Below are positions 8,801-19,096 of a DNA stretch of 32,000 nucleotides, in pieces. Both the position numbers and the translations under genes were made by a program. The notes beneath the pieces are model-generated. The model made no database searches, was not told the DNA's origin, and saw only the letters and a program-made list of their open reading frames with translations. Origin of the DNA: Fibrobacterota bacterium (GTDB lineage Bacteria; Fibrobacterota; Fibrobacteria; UBA11236); NCBI GenBank assembly GCA_028287505.1, contig JAQBPN010000060.1:1-32000 (forward strand), read 5' to 3'. Every line of letters begins with the position of its first letter. Within the stretch, counting starts at the first letter, position 1.

Positions 8801-10384
8801 ATCCTCAGCCAGGGCACCGCGCCCCTGCTGATCCTTTCCGTGGCCACCAAGAATAACGACCGGAAATGGCTGGACTTCAAACTGGAATGGATCACGGGTT
8901 CGCCGCCCCGGCTGGACAGCGCGCGGTTCTCCGGCGCCACCAACGTGAACGCTCTGGCGGGAGGCAAGACCGTTTCCCTGCCCCCCGGGACCGCCTTGGA
9001 TTTTGATTTCCGTTTTTTCAGCGACTCCTTGCGCGGTGATTCCGTGCTTACGGACACCCTGGTGGTGCTGACCAACGATTTCGTGAATCCGATCCTGAAA
9101 ATCCCTTTCCGCCTGGAACACCGGGATCTCCCCCTGGTCCGCCTGGAGGTGCTCGGGACCCCCGCCGCGGGCCCCCCCGGGGGCTTCAACGCTTCCGGCC
9201 TTCCCAAGCTGGTGCCGGCGCGATCCACGCTCTCCATGGTCTTTTCGGAAACGGTGCGCGTCCCGGACCCGGCCAAGATGTTCCGCGTGTATTCCTATCT
9301 GGATTCGCTCAAGAACCCGGCCGGATTCGAGATCATCCCCGGCGCTTACGAGTACCGTCTTCGCAAGGCGGGGCTGGGAAAGATCGCCGCTGCATCGGAC
9401 TCTCTGGCGGATACCGTGGTCTTCACTCCCAAGTACATCAAGGCTTCCGACTCCCTCAAGGTCATGCCCGGGCCCGGTTTTTTCATCTACCGGGACATAT
9501 TGCACATCCGCCTGTCCAACGCCATCACCGACAAGTCCGGCAACGGCCTGGACCTGCGGCTGGACAAGAAGGTGCGGGCCCCCGGCAGTTTCGACACCGT
9601 GTTCCAGGCGCGGGTGGATACCAGCCTTTTCAGGGTCGTGTCCACGCAGCCGGAAGCGGGCTCCAATGGCTGGAACCCGGAAGGGACCATCAAGATCCGG
9701 TTCAACCGCAAGCTCTCCAAGGGTCCGCCCGCGGGAACGGATTCCCTCACCCTGCTGGCCTTGAACGCCCTGAAGGCCGGGGACAACCGGAGCGTGCACG
9801 TTACCTCCGTCTACAGGCCGGGCAAGACCTATGATTTCCAGTTCCTGTCCCTGGCGGACAATGATTCCTCCCTGGTTTTCAGGACGCGGCCCCTGCTTCC
9901 CTCGCGGGACACGGTGAGCATCTCCCTGTCGGGCGGAATCCTGGACACTTCCGGACTCTCCCTGGACGGCAACGGCGACAAGTTCCCCAATTGGCTGTAC
10001 GACAAGAGGGATACGGTGGATTCCTACGGGTTCACCTTCATCACCACGGACGCGGACTTCTACGTCTTTCCCAATCCATTCCGTTTCGCCGATTCCCGCC
10101 ATCGGGACAAGGGGACCATCACCTTCAAGAACCTGAATTCCCTGCGGGGATACGGGATCGGCAAGGACGTGGTCCTGCGCGTGCATACCATGACCGGGGA
10201 CCTGGTCTACAATTCCAAGACCTCCTCCAAGCAATACGGGCCGGACAACCTGCTCAGCACCAGCCTGGATTGGGACCTGACCAACGACCATGGAAGCGTG
10301 GTGGGCACCGGCGTCTACATCTACACCTTGATGACCGAAGGGAGCAAACTGCTCCACAAGGGCAAGGTCGCCGTAGTCCGGTAA
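5831..10384 (+). CDS. Large secreted multi-domain protein: N-terminal propeller-like region, Ig-like/Big_5-like domains, C-terminal FlgD-Ig / type IX-like sorting domain
   Basis: Signal peptide MRYGKLAAVLLVAGAWLPVRA; Big_5-like VVSTQPEAGSNGWNPEGTIKIRFNRKLS; C-terminus DFYVFPNPFRFADS...VVLRVHTMTGDLVYNS...LDWDLTNDHGSVVGTGVYIYTLMTEGSKLLHKGKVAVVR. The ORF track extends to TTG 5783; ATG 5831 places the signal peptide at the very N-terminus. Confidence 0.85.
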   Translation: MRYGKLAAVLLVAGAWLPVRALVHSVSDFRQDSSAAAGDKFRLDGGWGDSLMLDAQFFRYTTAKTVRLSDGHFNNGGSGAGPIVSNIGLFRFKVAYVAWNGTTHDATNGPNNLEAPRANIVTRTIDLSPDTAATDDAAVIIASQENVTEIPPKIFYLSGPPAPTYMNFATDGNQFAAYWGSATPSGPIRRTTSRDPQIGTYVIPASPVIMGELGRMSSCLIPGSGGTKTMVAYETNFSPGKFEVRWEDITAGTSVVSVTYVRPVLPADFAVAADSSGNSVVLWREDADLYGVAFNAAHVEIMAPILLQSNVVFQEDSVPTIQHFYRPYSVAGMTRGNFLIAYSAATGATSDIYSRTLALPIGPQAYALGGQVALSPPGPFFCLFPDLAVTADRVTAAWYQRPNVGGLRKMMGSIFQKVGTGLTLAGRTDIDMAGENLGFSSTGPKWNRYHWFHAANVAMDAKGNVVAAYDSGAHAKVALVRNTPIYYDSASFLSKSLKVENPAIPAFVFNPASDSVTFLPFRPTTTDSLNTHIRIALSPDNTFSGAGSAYHPLPAAQKAASGFYRYGVDLLTVKTGNPSNTNLTTPKLKALDIEYNVKPFTPGVDSIKPGSRPQSAYNPAGPYPLLTRKDSLKLVCSGFDADDAGLEFRISLGGTLLKAVVGTRVSPGNYTATLDFLPPDTLMNPLILALTTVDQGAWSSRPLILSFGFRNSPPAQTLTVYRNRGWDSASVFRPFGGGVDTISPVNGGLLVIQDGDSLTLKARYADSNDNSVTATWLRNSVILGSRTLPVTDSVAFRFSPDTLAPAIDTAVAKVGDKDTTVTFRIPVRLNHVPSVDSVYHADYKGKDSILKVGPFDKVRNFATDTGLTIPPGLLTTIGGGFSDVDLTAGDSLSVIWRVWKQPPLCAKGNLSCYIKTDSGTGLTLSRVFSIQEQYLTVRVTDAFGAFRERGLFLEYPVLDTSGTAVAVNSLKRDIDFVIGAEKHDTAVKAEILSQGTAPLLILSVATKNNDRKWLDFKLEWITGSPPRLDSARFSGATNVNALAGGKTVSLPPGTALDFDFRFFSDSLRGDSVLTDTLVVLTNDFVNPILKIPFRLEHRDLPLVRLEVLGTPAAGPPGGFNASGLPKLVPARSTLSMVFSETVRVPDPAKMFRVYSYLDSLKNPAGFEIIPGAYEYRLRKAGLGKIAAASDSLADTVVFTPKYIKASDSLKVMPGPGFFIYRDILHIRLSNAITDKSGNGLDLRLDKKVRAPGSFDTVFQARVDTSLFRVVSTQPEAGSNGWNPEGTIKIRFNRKLSKGPPAGTDSLTLLALNALKAGDNRSVHVTSVYRPGKTYDFQFLSLADNDSSLVFRTRPLLPSRDTVSISLSGGILDTSGLSLDGNGDKFPNWLYDKRDTVDSYGFTFITTDADFYVFPNPFRFADSRHRDKGTITFKNLNSLRGYGIGKDVVLRVHTMTGDLVYNSKTSSKQYGPDNLLSTSLDWDLTNDHGSVVGTGVYIYTLMTEGSKLLHKGKVAVVR

Positions 10385-10526
10385 TCCCCGAATCCGGGCC
10401 GGGAAGCCGATCCGGTAACGCGCAGGAAAGCGTCCTTCCTCCAAAACCGCGCTTTTGCACCCGGAAATCGGACCGGAATGCGGGAATCCGGTGCAATCAG
10501 GGCCCCTTTTTCCTAATTTGTTCCCC

Positions 10527-13432
<2,906 letters not shown>

Positions 13433-13436
<4 letters not shown>

Positions 13437-14089
13437 ATAGCGTCCTGGACGTGATCGCCGGGCATCCCGGTTTTTTCTCTCTCGAGGGCGTGGACGGCAG
13501 CGGGAAAACCACCCAGCTCGCCCTCCTCGCCGATCGTCTCAGGCAACAAGGCCGGGACGTCCTCACCGTCCGGGAACCGGGCGGCACGCCGGTCTCGGAT
13601 AAAATCCGCCAGTTGATCCTATCTCCCGAAAACCCCATCGTACCTGCGGCGGAGTTGCTGCTTTTCTCGGCTGCGCGCGCGCAATTGGTCGCGGATGTGA
13701 TCGCGCCCGCCCTGCGCGCCGGCAAAATCGTCCTGGCCGATCGCTTCGGCTGGTCCACCCTGGCATATCAGGGGTATGGCCGGGGGATGGATCCCGGCCC
13801 CATCCGGGAGCTTTTCCGGATTGCGTGCGGAGATGTCTGGCCCTTGCACAGTTTCCTGCTGGACTTGCCCGTGACTTCCATGCGCGGCCGCCTGGAAGCC
13901 GGCGGCCGGCCCGCGGATCGCATGGAAAGGGAAGACTCGTCGTTCTTCGATCGGGTCCGGCAAGGATACCTGAGCATCGCCAAGGAAAATCCCGATCGGT
14001 TCACCGTGATCGATGCCGGTCGCGCGCCGGAAGCAGTGCACCAGGCCATCGTGTCCGGGCTTTCGCCCATGCTTCCGGCCTTCCGGTAG
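13433..14089 (+). CDS. tmk: Thymidylate kinase
   Basis: GTG 13433 overlaps the secA stop (GTGA). FFSLEGVDGSGKTTQLALLADRL, REPGGTPVSDKIR, LADRFGWSTLAYQGYGRG. The ORF track start at 12911 is an in-frame extension into secA. Confidence 0.95.
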
Positions 14090-14120
14090 GCCCCCCGGTA
14101 GAATAGCGCACTCAAGGATC

Positions 14121-14152
14121 GGACGGTCAGGGACGACCGGACGGTCAGGGAC
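14121..14152. repeat. Two direct copies of GGACGGTCAGGGAC (period 18 nt)
   Basis: ggacggtcagggac at 14121-14134 and 14139-14152; overlaps the 3' end of the minus-strand TPR gene. Confidence 0.85.
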
Positions 14153-15587
14153 CGTGGGTGTGGAAAGCCAGCAATTCCGCCACCCGCGCCGAGGGCACCG
14201 GCACTCCTTCGATTCCCCCCGACTCGCCCAATCCCTTCCCGCCCTGAGGCGAGTTCCGCTTCCAGGCGAATCGACTCCCGTTTTGTTTCAGGGCGGCGTC
14301 CAAAAGAGACGCGGCATCCCGTTCCTTTCCCGCATGCCAGGCGATGAGGGCCGCATGGCAAAGCAGGTTCGGCTCGCGGCCGCTCCCTTGCAGGGCCGAT
14401 AGGGAATTGCGATAGGCCGCGGCGACGCTTCCCCGCTTGTAGAGGACCCAGGCCAGGCAATCGAAACCTTCCTGGGTGCGCCGCGCCTCCAGGTCGCGCT
14501 CCGCGTATTGGAGCGCTTGGCTCCGGCTGGAATCGGTTTCCGACAACAGAAATGCCAAAGGACGATAGTTCAAGCGTTCACTGATCGGATCTCCGGTGGC
14601 GGCCTTCAAGTAAGCCGCTTTGAGGGCCTGGGCGGCTTCCGGTTGGCCCAGTTCCGTTTGCAGGCGCATGCGGTCGAGCAAAAGCGAAGCATGGCCGCCA
14701 TTGCGGACAGCCGTTTCCAGCAGGCGATCCGCCGCTTCCAGGTTCCCATCCCAGGCATAGGCGAGCCGGGCGATGCCTTCAAGGGCCGCAGGATAACCGG
14801 GCGATCGATCGAGGGCGGCGAGATACTTCCGCAGGGCCGCGCGGGGATTGCCTGCTTTGTCCGCGAGGCCGCCCATTTCCGAGAGATACCAGGCCAAAAC
14901 CGGCGGAGGGAGCGAGGCGGCGATGGCCTCCGAATAGGCGAAGGCGAGCCCGGACTGCGCGGCGGCAAGGTCCCCTTTCCAGGCATGGAGACGGGCCCGC
15001 CGCGTTGCCAGGCCGGAAGATTCCAGGCCCGAAGCGACGCCCGGCCGGGACGCCGTATCGAGTTGCGCTTGCGCCTCCGCGTAGTTCCCGGTGGCGAACA
15101 GAGCATCGAAGAGCGGTAGTCTCCCGGCGTCCTTATCATCCGCGCCGGAAAGCAGCAATCCTTTGCGCGCGTGGGCGAGCGCCTCCGGGAACCGGTGGGC
15201 CGCCAACAGACATGCGGCGTATGCGGAATGGACTTCCGCCCGGGAGGAATCCGCCCGGAGCAGGGATTCATACCGGGACTGCGCCTGGAGCAAATCGGGG
15301 ATGCGGCCCGCGGCCTGGAACCGGGAGAGATAGAGCCGGGCCAATCGGCCTTGGGCCAGGGGATCTTCTCCCTTCCTTTCCAGCAGACGGGCTTCCAGGA
15401 ACCGGATCCCGTCCGCCTCGAAAGGCGGGGCGAGAGCGCTTTTCCCCAGCGCGCGGGCGAGCCTGTCCGGATCGACCACGGCGCCGGGAATGCCGATCCA
15501 GAACAGGGACAGCAGGAACAAGGCCGCCGCTGCGAATCCGCACCCGGCGATCCAGGAAGGCCTGACTGGCGCGCGGGGGATTTTCAT
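14145..15587 (-). CDS. Membrane-anchored tetratricopeptide-repeat protein
   Basis: Start MKIPRAPVRPSWIAGCGFAAAALFLLSLFWIG (N-terminal TM/signal anchor), followed by multiple TPR-like helical pairs (GNPRAALRKYLAALDRSPGYPAALEGIARLAYAWDGNLEAADRLLETAV...). Confidence 0.75.
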   Translation of the reverse strand: MKIPRAPVRPSWIAGCGFAAAALFLLSLFWIGIPGAVVDPDRLARALGKSALAPPFEADGIRFLEARLLERKGEDPLAQGRLARLYLSRFQAAGRIPDLLQAQSRYESLLRADSSRAEVHSAYAACLLAAHRFPEALAHARKGLLLSGADDKDAGRLPLFDALFATGNYAEAQAQLDTASRPGVASGLESSGLATRRARLHAWKGDLAAAQSGLAFAYSEAIAASLPPPVLAWYLSEMGGLADKAGNPRAALRKYLAALDRSPGYPAALEGIARLAYAWDGNLEAADRLLETAVRNGGHASLLLDRMRLQTELGQPEAAQALKAAYLKAATGDPISERLNYRPLAFLLSETDSSRSQALQYAERDLEARRTQEGFDCLAWVLYKRGSVAAAYRNSLSALQGSGREPNLLCHAALIAWHAGKERDAASLLDAALKQNGSRFAWKRNSPQGGKGLGESGGIEGVPVPSARVAELLAFHTHGP

Positions 15588-15591
15588 TCCG

Positions 15592-16104
15592 TCAATGGGG
15601 TCCGGCCAGGAATGGAAACTCCGCGCTGAAGGCGGTATCATTGGCGTTCACGTGATCGCTGTGGAGAGCGGGCAGGGTGGGGCCGACCGCCACCGTCAGG
15701 GCGATGTCCGCCGCGTCATCCTCCAATTTCCGTCCGTCCAGGGCCGCGAAGTCCGACGTCGCCGATCCGAGTTTGGCGGGCAATTCATCGGGCAGCAGCA
15801 GCAAGACCGTCGCCTCCGGATCCGCATTGGCCACGGCCCCCAGCACCGTTTTGAATTGGGCCTTATAGTTCACCAGGTCCGAGTCCGGCCCGCGTTGGTT
15901 GTAGAGGGTTTTGCTGAAACCGGAGACGGTTTTCGGATGGTTGAAAACCGTGTTCAACGCGGGGATGCCCATCCTGTCCACCTGCGTGAAGGACGCATTT
16001 TCGGAATCCGAATCGTTATCGTTGCAGGCCGGGAAAAACACGGGCGTGCATAAGCCGACGGCCGCGGCAAAGGCAAGGGTCGAGACGCGATTGGAAACGT
16101 TCAT
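15592..16104 (-). CDS. Exported lipoprotein resembling the C-terminal part of DUF4331 proteins
   Basis: 170 aa; signal peptide with Cys (MNVSNRVSTLAFAAAVGLCTPVFFPACNDN); motif FTQVDRMGIPALNTVF typical of DUF4331; 12-nt gap from the upstream DUF4331 gene. Confidence 0.65.
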   Translation of the reverse strand: MNVSNRVSTLAFAAAVGLCTPVFFPACNDNDSDSENASFTQVDRMGIPALNTVFNHPKTVSGFSKTLYNQRGPDSDLVNYKAQFKTVLGAVANADPEATVLLLLPDELPAKLGSATSDFAALDGRKLEDDAADIALTVAVGPTLPALHSDHVNANDTAFSAEFPFLAGPH

Positions 16105-16116
16105 GCCGGTCCTCCT

Positions 16117-16860
16117 TCAATTCTTTTTGCTTGTGGTGGCCCACGTGTAAAAGGCCGCGTCCGCGGCGATGCCCAGTTTCTGGGCCAGCAGGGATTTGGG
16201 CACCTCCACCACGATGGAGAGGATATTGGCCCCTTTGAAATCATCCGTGCCCGGATTGGAGAAGGCGAGGCTCTGCGCCGACGAGTCCCCGACCGGGACT
16301 TTCAAGGCCGCGGAATAGGCCGCGTTCAGGACGCTGGTGAGGCTGGAATCCCCCAGCAGATGCAGGAAAAAGGGATCATCCCGGGGACCCGTGAAGACGG
16401 TAAGGCCGTTTCCCTGGAACACCGTGTTGAATTGGCCGGAGGTGGGGCCCGATGCCAAAAGGACGTTCTTGGCGGTCCCCTTGACCACCGGGGCCTCGGG
16501 TCCCCGCACTTCGGCCGTCTGCGTGGCGCCGGTGCCGTTGAACCGGACCTGGATCACGGCGTCTTCGATGCCGTCCCGTTCCTTGTCGAGCTTGAACTGG
16601 TAGAGTCCGTTGGGATTGAAAAAGGCGGTGGTGGTCGCAGCCCCGGGAGTGAGGAAGGGGGCGACATTCATGACGAAAACCATCGAGTCCGCCCGGGAGA
16701 ATACGTAGAGGTCGGTTATGTCCAGGTTGCCTTCGTCCGTATCGGGAGAGTCCTTGTGGTCGGCGGCAAAGGCGGCGGGAGGCAAGGCCGTGACAAAAAG
16801 GCATAGGCCCAATCGGCACAATACACTCCGGAACTTTCCGACATTTTTTTTCGGGATCAT
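16117..16860 (-). CDS. DUF4331-family exported protein
   Basis: Start ATG 16860 preceded by AAGGAG; signal peptide; AADHKDSPDTDEGNLDITDLYVFSRADSMVFVMNVAPF..., GPRDDPFFLHL, NILSIVVEVPKSLL. Confidence 0.85.
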   Translation of the reverse strand: MIPKKNVGKFRSVLCRLGLCLFVTALPPAAFAADHKDSPDTDEGNLDITDLYVFSRADSMVFVMNVAPFLTPGAATTTAFFNPNGLYQFKLDKERDGIEDAVIQVRFNGTGATQTAEVRGPEAPVVKGTAKNVLLASGPTSGQFNTVFQGNGLTVFTGPRDDPFFLHLLGDSSLTSVLNAAYSAALKVPVGDSSAQSLAFSNPGTDDFKGANILSIVVEVPKSLLAQKLGIAADAAFYTWATTSKKN

Positions 16861-16942
16861 GAGCAGCTCCTTCGCTTGGAGGTTCCAAAAAATCATTTGC
16901 GCGGCCGCAAGGCAAGGTTTTTTTTGGACTTTTTACGCGCCG

Positions 16943-16968
16943 AATAACGACCAATAAAAATGGTTATT
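16943..16968. promoter_or_regulatory. Imperfect inverted repeat upstream of the DUF4331 cassette (candidate operator)
   Basis: AATAACgaCCA-ataaaaa-TGGTTATT in an AT-rich stretch about 85 nt upstream of the ATG. Confidence 0.3.
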
Positions 16969-17110
16969 GCTCCGGATCGCTTTCCGTCCCCCCGTTCCGG
17001 GACCGGGAACCGGAGGGATGGGTTTCCGGGATCGCCGGATCGGTTCGAGACCATTCAAGTAAAACCTAAGGCGGTTCCGGCCGGCTGCGGGTTCGGCTCC
17101 CTTTCCCGGG

Positions 17111-17132
17111 TTTCGGGGCCGGGACCCCGAAA
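17111..17132. repeat. Perfect 8-bp inverted repeat (hairpin) in the intergenic region before the S41 protease
   Basis: TTTCGGGG-CCGGGA-CCCCGAAA; no following T-tract. Confidence 0.7.
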
Positions 17133-17318
17133 GCGGCGGAAATCGGCGTTTGCTTTTCCCCCCGGAAAGGGGTTAATCCATCGAAATTTGTACATTCCCT
17201 TGACGGTCGTATCTGGAAAACGGCCGGATCTTTCAAACCGACCGGGTCGCTTTATTCCGGCAGAGATGATAAGATCGGGATTAGGGGGATCGCTCCTCCG
17301 TTTGTGTTAAGGACAAAG

Positions 17319-19028
17319 ATGAAGAAGAGCAAGTTCTACTACGCTACCGTGGCAATCCTCATCGCGGGATTCGCCTTCATCAGCAACCGTGTCCAGGCCG
17401 GAGGAGAGAAATTCTACTCCGACCTGATCCGCCTTGACAAGGTGGTCACGAAAATCAATGAGAACTATGTCGAGGACGTGTCCTCGGAGGAATTGGTGGA
17501 CGCGGCGATCGGCGGCATCCGTTCCATCCTCGATCCCCACACGGCCTATTTCACTCCCAAGGATTATGAAGACCTGAAGGTCAACACGGAAGGCGAGTTC
17601 GGGGGATTGGGGATCCAGATCGGAATCCGCGATCAGATCCTGACCGTGGTCTCCCCCTTGGCCGGAACCCCGGCTCATCGCATGGGATTGCAGGCCGGCG
17701 ACAAGATCATCCGCATCGATACCATCAGCACCCAGGGCATCAGCATCGACGACGCCGTGGAGAAGCTGCGCGGAAAGCCCGGCTCTCCGGTGAAGATCCA
17801 GATCCTGCGCGAAGGCATGCTGGAGCCGATGGAATTCAACATCGTGCGCGAAGTCATCAAGATCGAAAGCGTGCCGTATGGCGCCATGATCAACGATTCG
17901 GTGGGCTACATCAAGATCACCCAGTTCGCCAAGCGGACCTCGGAAGACCTGGAAGCCCGCATCAACGAGCTCAAGAAGAAGGATATGAAATCCCTGATCA
18001 TCGACTTGCGGGTCAATCCGGGAGGATTGCTGAACCAGGCCATATCGGTGTCGGAGCTTTTCCTGGACAAGAACCAGATGGTGGTGTATACCAAGGGCCG
18101 GGTCAAGTCCCAGAACCAGGAATACCACAGCCGCCGGAATCCCATCTGGACCAAGAAAATGGTCGTGCTCGTGAACGAGAATTCCGCTTCGGCTTCGGAA
18201 ATCGTGGCCGGCGCCATCCAGGATTGGGATCGCGGCATCGTACTGGGGGAAACCTCCTTCGGCAAGGGTTCGGTGCAGACCATCCTTCCCCTGGACGGCC
18301 AGCAGAACACGCTCAAGCTCACCACCGCCTACTATTACACGCCCGCCGGCCGCTGCATCAACAAACCTGAGAATGCGGTGCGCTTCAAGCTCAAGGCGGC
18401 CGCCAACGATTCCACCAAGAAGGATACGGCTTTCTTTTACACCAAGGCGGGCCGCAAAGTGCTGGCCGGAGGCGGCATCACCCCGGACGTCATCCTGCCC
18501 GGCCGCAAATACACCCGCTTTTCCACGGAGCTGCTCCGCAAGACCATGTTCTTCAACTACGTGATCAAGAAGCGCTTCGAGATCAACAAGAAGACCAAGA
18601 TCACCCCGGACTTCGTGGTGACCAAGGATATCGTCGACGATTTCAAGAAGTTCGTCTACGCGGACACCACCTTCACCAAGTTCAAGAGCGCGTCCATCAT
18701 CGCCCTGGACAACTTCCGTGAAATCGTGAAAAAGGAGCGCGTCGAGCGCGGCGACACCCTGCCCGGCGACAAGGACAAGGTCGAGGTGGAAGGCGCCACC
18801 GCCGCACTGGAATCGGTGCTTCGCGCCGAGACCGAAAAGGAGTTCGAGAAGAACATGGACTACATCACCTATCAGTTGAAGGCGGAACTCCTGGGCGCGG
18901 CCCTGGGAGAGGATGCCCGCACGGCGTTCGAACTGAAGAACGACAACCAGGTGATTGAGGCCAACCGCTATCTCGCCGACCACAAGCTTTTCGCCAGGGC
19001 CTTCAAGAAGGCCAAGGACAAGGGCTGA
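17319..19028 (+). CDS. C-terminal processing peptidase (S41 family, PDZ domain), periplasmic/secreted
   Basis: AAGGA SD then ATG 17319; N-terminal signal/TM; GEFGGLGIQIG, PDZ region, catalytic ENSASASEIVAGAIQD and GKGSVQTILPL. Confidence 0.93.
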   Translation: MKKSKFYYATVAILIAGFAFISNRVQAGGEKFYSDLIRLDKVVTKINENYVEDVSSEELVDAAIGGIRSILDPHTAYFTPKDYEDLKVNTEGEFGGLGIQIGIRDQILTVVSPLAGTPAHRMGLQAGDKIIRIDTISTQGISIDDAVEKLRGKPGSPVKIQILREGMLEPMEFNIVREVIKIESVPYGAMINDSVGYIKITQFAKRTSEDLEARINELKKKDMKSLIIDLRVNPGGLLNQAISVSELFLDKNQMVVYTKGRVKSQNQEYHSRRNPIWTKKMVVLVNENSASASEIVAGAIQDWDRGIVLGETSFGKGSVQTILPLDGQQNTLKLTTAYYYTPAGRCINKPENAVRFKLKAAANDSTKKDTAFFYTKAGRKVLAGGGITPDVILPGRKYTRFSTELLRKTMFFNYVIKKRFEINKKTKITPDFVVTKDIVDDFKKFVYADTTFTKFKSASIIALDNFREIVKKERVERGDTLPGDKDKVEVEGATAALESVLRAETEKEFEKNMDYITYQLKAELLGAALGEDARTAFELKNDNQVIEANRYLADHKLFARAFKKAKDKG

Positions 19029-19066
19029 AAGCGCTTGTCCCGGCAAGGGCTGAAAGCCTTTGTCCC
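19016..19066. repeat. Two near-identical 23-nt direct repeats (period 25 nt); the first copy lies within a hairpin
   Basis: CAAGGGCTGAAAGCGCTTGTCCC (19019-19041) and CAAGGGCTGAAAGCCTTTGTCCC (19044-19066); GGACAAG (19016-19022) pairs with CTTGTCC (19034-19040). Confidence 0.8.
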
Positions 19067-19096
19067 CCCGGGGACTGACACGCTTCCACCGTTCCC

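Noticed and set aside
17307-19046. 579-aa minus-strand ORF antisense to the S41 protease, and 18968..20281 antisense to the glycosyltransferase
   Set aside because: Shadow frames; the sense products have convincing family motifs.
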